Positions 18,496 to 33,874 of a stretch of 64,000 nucleotides of DNA are shown in pieces. The DNA is taken from assembly GCF_009914755.1 (NCBI RefSeq), contig NC_060927.1, one strand, 5' to 3'. A program made the translations under genes and the position numbers. The DNA comes from the human T2T-CHM13v2.0 reference genome, Homo sapiens. Within the stretch, counting starts at the first letter, position 1, and every line of letters starts with the position of its first letter. The notes below the pieces were generated by a model. The model had not been told where the DNA came from, made no database searches, and saw only the letters and a list, made by a program, of their open reading frames with translations.

Positions 18496-19425
18496 AGCAC
18501 TTTCTTAAAGACGCTCATTGCTATGCATATCCTTTTATATGAGAGAGATTTTGAATGAAGAAGTGTGTGGCTGTACTTCAGGAAGACAGCACAGAGTGAC
18601 ACATTTTGACCAAAACTACCTTGACTCTCTGAGTCAAGGAGCCTAGGAGATCAAGTGCTTATTTCACCTATATGGCAATTCGGGACAAGCAGTTATCTGA
18701 AACCCTTGCCACAAATTCAGATGCATCCTCCGCAGGGTGAGTAGGGGAGAATCATGTAGGTGAAGAATGAACCAAAGTCATCCACCTCAGTTATGTCAGG
18801 CTGGACCAAATTCCAGCTGGTATCTCAAAGGCAAAAGGCCTGGACTTTCCACCTTTCTCAGCTGCCCATGACTCATGCTGGATGCCCCACTGTTTTCTTC
18901 CACCAGGATCTACTGGAAGGCTGTTCAGCAAACACTATGAAAGGACTGATTAATACTTTCAGTCTCACATAAATCTATCTAAGGAACACAGGGAAACTGT
19001 TTTGGAAGTAGAGAAGGAGGAACTTCAGGCTAAACTCAGATCCCACCAGACTCATAAGATCTTCTTCAGAATTAATTTTCAAAACGATATGGGCTAGAAT
19101 CTGGCTCAGGAAAACCGCAATAATGCTGCTGAGAGTCTAGGTACATACACCATATGTTTCTGGATTTCCCGCAAACATTCAAGACAGGAAACACACTTCT
19201 GAGCTGGTGTGATTCAGAAGCTCCAGTACAACAGTGCTATGCGTTAACACAACCAAGTGCGTGCCAAAAACACCACTCATATCCAGGTGCAACTTGAATT
19301 AGTTCCTTTCACCAATCTTCTCATCTTGAACCTCACAAGGGAGCTATGGAAAACAGCTGGCTATATACCTGGACCTTCTTCTCCTCTCTAGGGAAACTTA
19401 ACATTTGGTAAGTGTACTAACAGTC

Positions 19426-19695
19426 TTTTTTTTTTTTTTATACTTTAAGTTTTAGGGTACATGTGCACAACATGCAGGTTTGTTACATATGTATACATGT
19501 GCCATGTTGGTGTGCTGCACCCATTAACTCGTCATTTAACGTTAGGTATATCTCCTAATGCTATCCTTCCCCCCTCCCCCCACCCCACAACAGGCCCCGG
19601 TGTGTGATGTTCCCCTTCCTGTGTCCATGTGTTCTCATTGTTCAATTCCCACCTATGAGTGAGAACATGCAGTGTTTGGTTTTTTGTCCTTGATA
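19426..19695 (-). mobile_element. Young L1PA 3' end (~270 bp)
   Basis: poly-T followed by TATACTTTAAGTTTTAGGGTACATGTGCACAAC...; near-consensus L1PA 3'UTR including the G-rich tract. Confidence 0.92.
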
Positions 19696-20222
19696 CTGCT
19701 TCTCGATTATTCTGTAGATAGAAATTGTGGTTTGTGAACACAGATTTAGGACCTGGGTTTCAACCATTTCAACATCAAGAGATATATCTATTATTTTTCC
19801 TTCCAAGAAAAGAAGATTTTATAAAAGATTCTGTCTATCAACCAAATGTTTATTCATAAGCACATTTATTTCACTCATTTTTCAATTTAAAAGGGCACAT
19901 TTGCCTGCCAATCAAAGCTTCTGATAACCAGTGTTTCCACAAAGAATTTAGAACTCATATGAAAGTTGATGCTTTTATTCTGATAAATTGTTGACTTTCA
20001 TCTTGACCTTTGAAATTTTAAAGAAGAGCCTGCAAAACTCAATTATTACTTTGCAAGACAAAAATGTAAAATTCTGAAACAAATGCCTGATCTTTCCTCC
20101 TTCCTTTTGGTGTTACCCAAGCTATGTGTCTTTAGGGCCCCCTGCTAGCTCCCTCCCACTCACTCCACAACACACAACCAGCATTGTCCTCCCCAAGAAC
20201 AGTTAGTTCTTACACTCCTCTA

Positions 20223-20400
20223 CATCAGTGGTTCTCAAAGATGAACATGCATCAGAATCACCTGGAAGGTTTGTAAAAATACATCTGGCCCTCCTTTTGA
20301 GTTTCTGACTCTGTAGCTGAGGCCCCAAAATTTGTATTTCTTGAAAGTTCCTAGGTAATGTTGAGACTGCTGGTACAAGGACCACCCTTGGAGAACTGCT
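20223..20400. mobile_element. MER5A-like hAT-Charlie MITE
   Basis: CAGTGGTTCTCAAA...GCATCAGAATCACCTGGA...GGACCACCCTTGGAGAAC. Confidence 0.75.
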
Positions 20401-20968
20401 GCTGTGGATCAAAAACCTATCCTCAAAAACAGGCAAAACCTATATGTGGTGATAAGAATTGGAATAGAGATGGGCCTCTGGCTCTGCTGGAGTAGGGAGG
20501 GGCAGAAGATTATTGGAAAAGGACTCCAGGGAACTTTCTGGGGTGAAGAAAATGTTCTATATCATGACTGGGTGTTGATTACACAGGTGTATACATTTGT
20601 CAAAACTTGTCAACTTTAGATCTGTGCATTTTGCTGATGTAAATTATACCTTAATGAACTAAGTTAATTTAAAAAATACCTCCCCTTAGAAAAATCTGTA
20701 ATTTATTCAGCATGAGGTATAAGTGGTTGAAAATTATTCACAACCTCTCCCAATGGATACTTCATGCCTTAAGATAGTGATTTCCAACTTGTAGGGATTC
20801 TACCAGGGAAGCAATATAGTATTTGCAAGATGTAGGCAAGTTCATATGCAAATAAACCCTGCGTCAATCAACCAATAACTCTAAATCAATTACTAATACA
20901 TGGAAATCTACATGATAGTACTCCTTGAGTTTCTCCTCCTAAAAACTTATTTAAAAAATATTCTAGCC

Positions 20969-21246
20969 GGCTGGGCGTGGTGGCTCACACCTGTAATCCC
21001 AGCACTTTGGGAGGCTGAGGTGGGTGGATCACGAGGTCAACAGTTCAAGACCAGCCTGACCAATATGGTGAAACCCCGTCTGTACTAAAAATACAAAAAT
21101 TACCTGGATGTGGCGGCGCACGCCTGTAGTCCCAGCTACTCGGGGACTGAGGCAGGAGAATCGCTTGAACCCGGGAGGCGGAGGTTGCAGTGAGCTGAGA
21201 TCACGCTACTGCACTCCAGCCCGGTGGGTGGAGCGAGACTCTCCTT

Positions 21247-21275
<29 letters not shown>
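20969..21275 (+). mobile_element. Alu (S)
   Basis: Full dimer, long A tail. Confidence 0.93.
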
Positions 21276-21277
<2 letters not shown>

Positions 21278-21390
21278 CTAGAATGAAATGATATAATGTC
21301 CTGGATTTGCTTTAAAATATCTCAATTATATAAGAAAGCTTTAGGAAAAAAATCAAATTTTTCCTTTACCCTCACCAATGACAACCATTG

Positions 21391-22100
21391 TTTTTGTTTT
21401 GAGAAGTGTTAAATGTTCTGTATTTGATATTACACATAAATCACACTAAAATGCCTTTCAGTAAGTAAAAAGAACCATTTTAGATACAGGGAATTCTAAT
21501 TAGATTGGCATAGTTAAGACCAAAAATATAAAGTACACATTGCTAGCTTATCTTCAGCCTTTGCCTTTAAGATGCAGATGAATACAAAACACAAGTGAGT
21601 CTTGCTTGGTTCTGAGACAATGAAGGAATTTCCCCAGTATTTAAATATACTCCCATAACCAGTTATATAAATCTATATATAAAACCAATCTCCAATAGAT
21701 TTTAAGATGACATTCACCATCTTTGCGAAAAGTTGACCCTACTAGTGAAGTCCAGTCATATCTTTAAAAGGGGAATAGTGACAGCATTTACTGGATTGGA
21801 ATTACTATTCAAATTCAAAAAACTGAACGTACTCATTTAACCACAAGCCAGTCAGTCTTAGTTAAATCAGGACTGCCCAACAAAAATATTCATCAGTCAC
21901 TCATGATCTAAATTCTGGTATATGAGATTCATTAAATTATGGTACACATAAAAAAGTCATAAGACATTTCTGTTTTGTAATAAATAAGCAATGGCCAATT
22001 AGTACTCGTTAGCAGCTTTTTTGAGATAAGCTATCAAGTCTGCCCTTTCTGCCTTCTTCTTAATGCTGGCGAAGATCATTTTTGTTCCAGGGATATATTT
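21391..22100 (-). pseudogene. 5'-truncated processed pseudogene of somatic cytochrome c (CYCS): last ~32 codons, ~600 nt of 3'UTR and an A-rich tail remnant
   Basis: 22100-21999 on the minus strand translates [33 protein letters not shown] (cytochrome c C-terminus). It is followed by TTGGCCATTGCTTATTTATTACAAAACAGAAATGTC..., which I recognise as CYCS 3'UTR, and a tail at 21391-21400. Confidence 0.93.
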
Positions 22101-22390
22101 TTAACGTGGTTTTTACTCCTTCAGTTTTTCACACATACACACAAATACATATGCACAGCACTATGCTATAATACGATATAACCATTTTAGTTTGTAGCTT
22201 GTTAATTTAACATTATATTGTGAAATTTTCTCCTTATCAACAAATATTTGTATTTTAAAAATTTATTGTAAATGACTATATATTATTCCATTTGTATGGA
22301 TTTACCATAATGGGCCCCCTAGGGTGGGACATTAACTTTGTTTCTATTTCTTCCTTACTAAATAATGAACATTGTAACATACCTTTATAC

Positions 22391-24592
<2,202 letters not shown>

Positions 24593-25445
24593 TATATATA
24601 TATATAATCTAATAATTCATTGCCTTATTTTCCCATATTCATAACCAATTAGCCTAGTACTATCAAATAATCCATCCATCCTTTTCCCACTAATTTGAAG
24701 TTTCACCATTCTTACTATACACTTATGTATGTTGGGTCTATTTTGATGTTTCCAGTCTTTTGCACTGAAGTACTTGTCTGGGTCTCAGTGCCAAACAACG
24801 GTTTTTTGCATATGAGCCTCCTACATTATTGAAATAATGGCAATAAGTTGATAAGACTGAAGCAAGCAATGGGGGAGTTGCAAGCGATGAAGCTATAGGG
24901 AGGCAGGCATGAGTTCATGAAGGGCCTCATAAGCCAGGTAAAAAGTCTAGAATTCGTCCAGAGGAAAACAAGGAACCACTAAGGAGTTTAACACAGAAAA
25001 TAACATGATCCCCTTGGCGGTATAGAAACAACACTATTTGCATTGTAGACGATGCATTGAGGAAGCATGCCTGGAGACTGGAGGACCAGTGAGGAGGCCA
25101 TTTGAGCTGTCCAGGATAGCAGCACAGGAGCCAAATGAGGTGCAGAGGGCAGGAACTAGGTGGATCTGGCAGATACTGAAAAGGGAAGTTTTTACAGAAC
25201 ATTTAACTACAAGGTGTTAGGGGTGAGATGAGGATCAGGGCATAGGAGGCTGAGGGATATGAGTATAAGTTTGGGACTTGTGGATTTTGATGGGCCACAA
25301 GCAATGCCCATAGGTAGCTGCATATATGGAATTCAGGGCTTTAGGGGTCTGGAGAGATTAGGCTTGAGAAATGATTTGAGATTACCAGGCATTTAGATGA
25401 AAACTGAAGCCTTTGAAGTGTTGAGTGAGTGAGGGGAGATGAGGG

Positions 25446-26197
25446 TGAAACCACCTTTGCAAAAAGTATGACAATGAGAAATATCTACCATAGGAAAATT
25501 ATGACAGTGAAAGAAATCTGATCTAACCGACTCCATCTTGCTTCTAACCTACAAACTGCCCTCGTTCATTCCTGGGTATGGGCCAAACTAACTTTGTGAA
25601 GAATTTATAGTGTAACATTGAAACAAAAACGATAATAGCCCCTCCCTGAAACAAACCCCCCCACCACTTGCCTGGGGATCAGACTGCCTTTGCAAAACTA
25701 ACAAAGTGGCCACAAGATTAGAAATTATGGCCCAGAAGACATGCGGCCAGAGGCCTCAAGGTTCCTATCCTCCCCAGTCGCTCCTATGAATAATATCAGT
25801 ATTGTAAAACCTAAGATTGGTGTTTGAGATATTTCTCAGACTCTGTATTCTGATGGACCAGCTGGTGCCATCCAGACCACTAAACTGGCTCATCTGGTCT
25901 TGTGGCACCAACCCAGGAACTGACAGAGCAAGAGGACAGCTTCAACTCCCTAGGATTCCATCCCTGACCCAATCAACTCGCACTTCTCATTCTCTTGCCC
26001 CCTACCCATCAAATTATCTTTTAAAAACCCTAGCCTCTGAATTTTCAGAGGCTGATTTGAGTAATAATAAAACTCTGGCCTCCCATTTAGCTGGCTCTAC
26101 GGGTATTAAACTCTTTCTCTATTGCAATTCCTCTGTCTTAATAAATGGGCTCTATCTGAGCAGCAGGCAAGAGGAACCCACTGGCTGGTTGGTTACA
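25446..26197 (+). mobile_element. LTR8-family solo LTR (ERV1) inserted in an L2 relic
   Basis: TGAAACCACCTTTGCAAAA start; CTCCATCTTGCTTCTAACC motif; ...GGTTACA end; flanking direct repeat. Confidence 0.85.
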
Positions 26198-26661
26198 AGG
26201 GGAGATGAGGGCAGAGGTCAGAGCCCAGAGGAAGTGAGCAGAGAAACAAGAGTTCACAAAGGACATCACTGTAGCCAGACATATACAAAGAAAACCTGGA
26301 GCAAGACAAGGCAGAACATGTTTCAAGGAAGTGTGTGGTCAAGTACTTAAAGCTTCAGAAACAACAAGCAAAGGGCAGGCTGAGAAATGGCCATGATATT
26401 TAGCCACAGAGAAACTACCAGTAGCCTTGGTGACAGTAGTTCCACTTAACTGATAAGGCAGAAACCAGAAGGCAGTAGATGGAAGAATGAATGATGGAAG
26501 GTAAGATAATGGAGGCCATGAGTGCAGATGATTTTGAGGGCTATGAAAGGAAGGAGAGAGATGGAATAGTAGCTAAAAGGATACAGAGTAACAGCTTGAT
26601 GAAAATATGAATTATTAGTAAATAATCACTTTCCTTTTTTCTTTTTTCTTTGTTTAGCTCA

Positions 26662-27039
<378 letters not shown>

Positions 27040-28440
27040 TTAAAATAATTCCCTCGTTTTTGAAATGCGAACTCTTTTCGCTTGTCCTATAATTCTTCTC
27101 TGCTTACTTAGTCCCCAATTAATCAGTGATGTGCTGATAAATATTAAATTAACAACCAGCTCTCTTGGGAAGGGGAGAAACTGCTGGGGGATGGAGGTGG
27201 GAATGGCTGTTGTGCAGGTAATTGACAAGGTCTGAGGCAGTGCACAATAGACAAGGTCTTAATGCAATTTCTGGCTCACAGTTCTAGATAAATTGAAACT
27301 ACAAAAAGAGCCTGAAGTAGTTGAAGATAAGTAAAGAGATATATGCATGAAGATGTTCAATCATGGTATTTATTATAGTGAAATCCATGGAATTACCAAA
27401 ACGTCTAATAACAGGAGAATGTTTAATTTATAGTACATTCATATAATGGATTATTATAGCCATTCTTTGAAGCATATTCAATGTCATGGGGAGATATAGA
27501 TCTATAGCCATATAAATGAAAAAAAAAAAAACAGAATGCAATCTTATATGTTGTTCATATAATCCCAATTTAGTAAACTAAATAAAACATGTAGAGAACA
27601 CAAAAGACTCATGCTAAAATACTTGTATTAGGGAAGACTGATTATGAGAGACCTTAATTTTCTTTATACTTTCCACTAAAATGACCACATATTCATATTT
27701 ATAATAGAAAATCTATTCTAATTGTAAAAATGGAGCTAATGACATTTATCTCTTAGGATTGTTACTAGAATTAAACGAACATATGCCTTTCCCAGTGCCT
27801 ACCACATTCCTGAAACTTAACAAGGTCCTGAATAAAAACCAGCTCCATTTCCCATATAAATGGTTGGAGACTGATGGTCTTTTGAATGGCCCTGAATGGA
27901 TCTTCAAGTCATGATGGTAACTGAATACCCATTGTCCTTAAACCAAATAAAGCCAACCACACCATGGCTAAATTGGAATTGAATGCCACCTTGGGCCATG
28001 AAAAGGGGAAAAACAAAATGCTCATAAAAAGATAAAACCAGATATGAGCCTGTATTTGCCCACTACTGACATAGCAATAATGGTCAGTGATGGAGGCTTG
28101 GTTCAAGGTGAGAAGAAGCTAGCAGAGCTGGGAACACAGAGGATTACTGATGGATTCTTGGGGTTGGGCTATGGTCCATGAATGCAGCAAATAATCAGTT
28201 TAATTTGCAGTGGTGATTTGCTGGAAGGTTCCCCTTTCCCTGACACACACAAAGGTTCCCCTTGCCCTAACACAGACAACAGCTGCGTCTCTGGATCTGT
28301 CAGGATATCTTTGTTTTAACAAAAAAGAACTTCTGTAGAGAGCAGGGGAAAGCACAGATCCACATGTAACTACTCTACCATTCTCACACTCTCTACTTTT
28401 GGTAAGCAGGGCTCCCTGGGAAAGTTTTCTTCTAAGTCAA

Positions 28441-28567
28441 TAGGGTAGGCTGACCGTATAGTTTATCATCCATATAAGGACACTTTTGAAAATGATTGGG
28501 ATCCTGGTTAATAATTACCAGCACAAGAAAGAACTATCCTGAGCAAACTGGAAGGCAGGGCACCCTA
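28441..28567. mobile_element. MER94-like hAT-Blackjack MITE
   Basis: TAGGGT...CACCCTA termini and internal GGACACTTTTGA. Confidence 0.6.
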
Positions 28568-30985
28568 ACATGAGTATCGTACATTCCAACCCAAACGGCA
28601 GTGCCTGTGAAGGTAAGATATTCAAGAGTAAGAAGAAAGGAGCATCTCAGAAAACAAAAAGCCTGTAGAGTCTGGGTTTGAGTCCTTGCTCCCCTACTTA
28701 CTTTGGACAAATTACTTAACTTTGTTGTGCCTAGTTACTCATCTGTAAAATTTGGATAATAGTAAATTCCTGCAGTGCTGTTGTGAGGATTAAATGAGTG
28801 AACACAGGGTACTACAGCAGGTGTTAGCTATTACTATTTTCCTTCTGAGGTTGAGAATCTGAAGCAAAGCCCACAGTTAGAGCTGCAGCCTCAGGGTCAA
28901 AAAAAGTGGTGGAGATGTTTGCACCAGGTTTAACTGGATCTTGGGGCTTGCTGCATAGGACTGGGAGGGGTGGGGACAGGAAAAGGAAGGTGCATGGGTG
29001 AGAGGTCTCATCTGCACCTCCCAGGAGCTGTGTCACTTGAGACAAAGCACCAAATCTCTCTGTTCTTCAGTTTCCTCATCTGAATAGAGAGAATGATAAC
29101 ACCCTGCCTACAGTATTGCCTTGCTGATTAAATGAGATAACGTTTGTGGGAACACTCGGGAAAAACACAATTTTGGAGTTATAGAATATAACTGTAAAGC
29201 TGCTCGATAATTTTTTTCTTGTTCTTTTTTGTGTTTTAAAGTATTATTTATATAAATAAAATTCATCAATTTTAAGTGTACAGCTTAGTCAATTTTGCTA
29301 AATGTATCCAATTGTATAACCACCACCACCACCACAACAATCAAGGTATAGAACAATTCTTAAAAGCCATATTCTACTTGCCTTTGGCCCTAGACACCCT
29401 CCCCTACTCCATACTACCCCAAGCAACTATTAAGCTACTTTCGCTCACTGGTAGTTTTACCTTTTCTAGAATTTCATTCAAATGGAGTAATACAGTATGT
29501 ATATTTTGTGTTTGACTTTTTTTCATTTAGCTTAATATATAGAGATTCATCCATGCTTTTGCATGTATTAATATTTCATTCATTTTATTGCCAAATACTA
29601 ATCCATGGTATGGATATACCACATATTTTGATCCATTCATCAGTTGATGAACATCTGTGTCGCTTCCAGTTTTGGGCTTTTATGATAAAATTGCTATGAA
29701 TATTTGTGTACCCATTTTTGTGTGGTCATACACTTCTCTTGGATCAATACCCAGGCATGGAATTACTTGGTTGTACGCATATTAGCTGTATATATAATAC
29801 ATGTATATATATGCATATTAAACTTTGCAGAATTATTTTGAAAGAAATTATGCGTTGATTTATTGAAAACAGTGTAACATCAAGGTGAAGAAACCATACT
29901 ATTATTATCACTTTATGTTGTTAGAGTTATGTGGTGCTAGATACTAATCATAGTCATAGCTCATACTTATTGAGGTGTTACTCTGTGCTATGCACTAGGC
30001 TAAGTGGTTCACTTGTATTACCCTACTCAGTCCTCTTGACAAATCTATGTCATGGGTTCTAATATTATTCCCAAGGCAAGTTAGGTGGTAGAACCAAGAT
30101 TCAAACCCAGGGATTCTGGGTACAGAGCCCATGGTTCTAATCATTGTGCATTATTATTGTGTTCCAGGTGTTGTTTCCTTTGAGAACACCATGGTTTAGC
30201 TCTGATTCACTTTCTTGTCATAAACATGGGGCCTGGTGGACTTTGCAAAAAGGACAAGTTTGGGGCTTCCTGATCTACTGGACTGCACCACTAGCAGCCA
30301 GAACAATTTTCAGAAAATGTTCAAAAAGTGCATCCTAGCTGAGAACCCTACAATGGTTTCCTGTTTCACCTAAAAATTCAATCCAATATTCTCACCCCTG
30401 TATATCCAGCTCTTATCCCAATCTGTTCAGCCCTATCTTGGATCACTCCCTCTCACCTGAAACCATCTAGGCTCACTGTTTTCTCAAACACACCAAGCTC
30501 TTTCCTGCCCGCAGTCTGACATGGCTATGCAGTCTGGTCTCATCTCCCAGACCCATAACACCAGGGCCAGAGGACTGGAAAATCCACAAGAGATGTGGTA
30601 CACTGCAGAGGAAAGCTTTTACTTGGGGGAAAGAGAGTTAGGAAGAATCACCCATATTTCACCCACCCCGGGACACTGAAGTCAGCAGACATGGGCTACA
30701 GGAATGTGAACATGGTGCACCCAAAATATTGAAGAAGGCCCAGTTCTAAGCACAGACCCTGGCCTCAAGAATACCCACGTAAAAGATAAAAGATAGGCTG
30801 AGAAAAGACATATAGAAGGGAGATATTTTAAAGCTACATAAGAAATGCAATAATGCATGCGCACTACTAAAAAAATCAAAATATACAAAATACAGAGCAT
30901 GAACTATAAATATCTCCCTTCAGTCTCACTGCTACTCCCTTTCTAGGGTGTTTCTCCTTCAGATGTCTTTTTTTCTAGGGGAGAA

Positions 30986-31021
<36 letters not shown>

Positions 31022-31041
31022 ACACATATACACAAAAATAA

Positions 31042-31342
<301 letters not shown>

Positions 31343-31440
31343 AAAAAAAGTTTTTTAAAGAATAAATTGGATTATACTATACATATTCTGAGACCTGCAT
31401 AATATGTCTTAGAAGATTTTTCATGTCATAGCTGTCACTC

Positions 31441-32845
31441 TGCTATAGACTGAATGTCTGTGTCCTCCCAAAATTCATACGTTGAAACCTAATCCCCAGT
31501 GTGATGCTATTTGGAAGTGGGACTTTTGGGAGGCGATTAGGCCATGCTATGGTTCAAATGTTTGACTCCTCCAAACTTCATGTTGAAATTTCATTGCCAT
31601 TGTAACAGTATTAAGAGGTGGACCTTTAATAGGTGATTAGGCCAGGAGGGCTCCACTTTCATAGGTGGAACTGGTACCATTATAAAAGGGTGAGTTCGGT
31701 TCCTCTCACTTTCTGCCATGTAAAGAAGGCTCTTGCTAGATGCTGGCACCTTGATATTGGACTCATCAACCTCCAGAACTTTGAGCCAATAAGTTTCTGT
31801 TTATTATAAATCACCTAGTCTCAGGCATTCTGTTATAGCCATACAAGACAGAGCAAGACAGATCATGAGGGTAGAAACTTCATTGAATGGGACTAGTGCC
31901 CTTATGAAAGAGACCTCACAGAACTGCCTCACCCCGTCTACCATGTGAAGACTCCACAAGAAGACAGTTATCTGTGAATTGGGAACTGGGTCCTCACAGA
32001 CACCGAACCTGCCAGTGCCTTATCTTGGACTTCCCAGCCTCCAGAACTGTGAGACATACATTTCTGTCATTTGTAGCTACCCCATTTATGTTATTTTTAA
32101 ATAGCAGCCTAAGCAGAAATTGGTAACAAGAAGTGGGGGGTTTGCTGTAACAAATACCTAAAAATATGGATTCAGCTTTGGAATTAACAGGTAGAAGCTA
32201 GAAAAGTTTTGAGGTGCTAGAATGTTTTAGGTGCTTCCTCTGCAGTGCACCACATCTCTTGTGGATTTTCCAGTCCTCCAGCCTTAAGTGTTTTGGGTCT
32301 AGGAGATGAGACCAGGCTGGGTAGCCATGTCAAGCATGCTAGAAAAAGACTACCTTGCCACGAATGGACCATCGAGGGCAATTCTGGTGAGGGCCCAGAA
32401 GGAAACGAGAGCTGTAGAGAAAGTCTTCATCTTCTCATACAATACCTAAACAACTCTGGACAGAATGTTGGTAGGAACATGGACAATAAAGGCCATTTTG
32501 ATGAGGTCTCAGATGGAAATGAAGAACATGTTGGTGAACATCAGCAGAAAAGCAATGCTTGTTATAAAATGGCAAAGAACTTGGCTGAATTGTGTTTGTG
32601 TCCTAGGGTCTTATGGAAGGCAGAACTTGCAAGCCATGAAATTTAATATTTGGTTGAGGAAATCTCTAACCAAAGTTTGAAGGACTGGCCTGGCTCCTTT
32701 ATTGTTGCTTACAGTAAAATTTGAGAAGAAATAAATGATTTAAAGATGGAATTGTTAAGCAAAAAGGAACCAGAACTAAAAAATTTGGAAAATTCTCAGC
32801 TTATCATTATTGAAAACAATGAGAAACCCTGTTTTGGAAAGAACA
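31441..32845 (+). mobile_element. MaLR MLT1A-type LTR (31441-~32115) with nested MST-type LTR (~31545-31860), followed by MaLR internal sequence
   Basis: TGCTATAGACTGAATGTCTGTGTCC start; a second TGCTATGG LTR start inside; internal GGCAATTCTGGTGAGG...GAGGTCTCAGATGGAAATGA motifs (ORF 32245-32646 is the MaLR gag-like relic). Confidence 0.82.
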
Positions 32846-33794
32846 GCATAAAGGCCCTTTCTAAAAAGGCAAATAACAGACTGCTACTAAGTGACTCTTG
32901 CAGGTCCAGAGGCTGCTGTGGAATAGCATGTAGGCAGATATCTCCAAGTCCATGCTCAGAGGTCATGTGGACCCTCACTGGATCAGCAGAGGCTTAAGAA
33001 TAAAGTTGTCCCTGAGTGCACCCAGCCCTAGGCACACATGTATATGTCTGCAAGGCAGGGCTTTGAACTCCTCCTCACATTTACCACATGCCAGAAAACC
33101 AAACCACAAGTCCCTGACCACACGGACAGGTCCAGAGTGCAGCCGCAGCTCTTCTGAGTAGCACAGAAGTGGAGAAGTCTGTCTGGGTTGTTGGTGCTCA
33201 TGGCCCCAGGCCACAAAGACATCCCAGAGATATCTGCCTCTGGGGCCAAAAGACCCATTGGCAACATTTCTCTGGCTGCCCAGACACTTGGCATTCGTGG
33301 AAGCTGGCTGCTGGTGTATCAGGACTGGTCTAGCCCACATTTTTGGAGCAGAAGACCTCAGGTCTGAGAAAACAAGACCTGATGCCCACCTAGGCCTGGG
33401 TGTGTGGGTGGCAGGTGAGGGGGCATCACTGCTTACTGTGATGGGGATTATTTGGGCTACCCTCTGCAGCCATCTCAGGCCTACCCAACAGCTACTCAAG
33501 CCCCCAAGCATGTGCTGACCCAGCCCACTCTCCCAGAGCTCTAGTACAACGGCACAACCACAGCTATTCTCCCAAAGCCATTGGTATCTTTAGATTCCTA
33601 GCCCTTGCTACCCCTGTTCTTCCTGTCCGCCATGTCCTATCCTCTCTTCCCCACCTATTATCCCCTCAACTTATCCATCTCAAATGCCACTGCTTAGGAA
33701 GTCTCTCTAATAACCTTTCTCCTTTGTGTCATGGAAAAATATTCATCTCTTACCTATCGTGATACACCGTTAACTCCTTGAGAGAGGGGAGAAG

Positions 33795-33795
<1 letters not shown>

Positions 33796-33836
<41 letters not shown>

Positions 33837-33874
33837 GTCTATCTATCTATCTATCATCTATCTATCATCTATCT
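33796..33874. repeat. (TATC)n tetranucleotide microsatellite
   Basis: About 10 perfect units, then interrupted units. Confidence 0.98.

Noticed and set aside
25817-26350. 177-aa ORF
   Set aside because: Runs through the LTR8 into an L2 relic; no recognisable protein
32245-32646. 133-aa ORF resembling MaLR gag-like protein
   Set aside because: Decayed MaLR internal sequence with a non-ATG start, partly built from the templated insert; no sign of domestication
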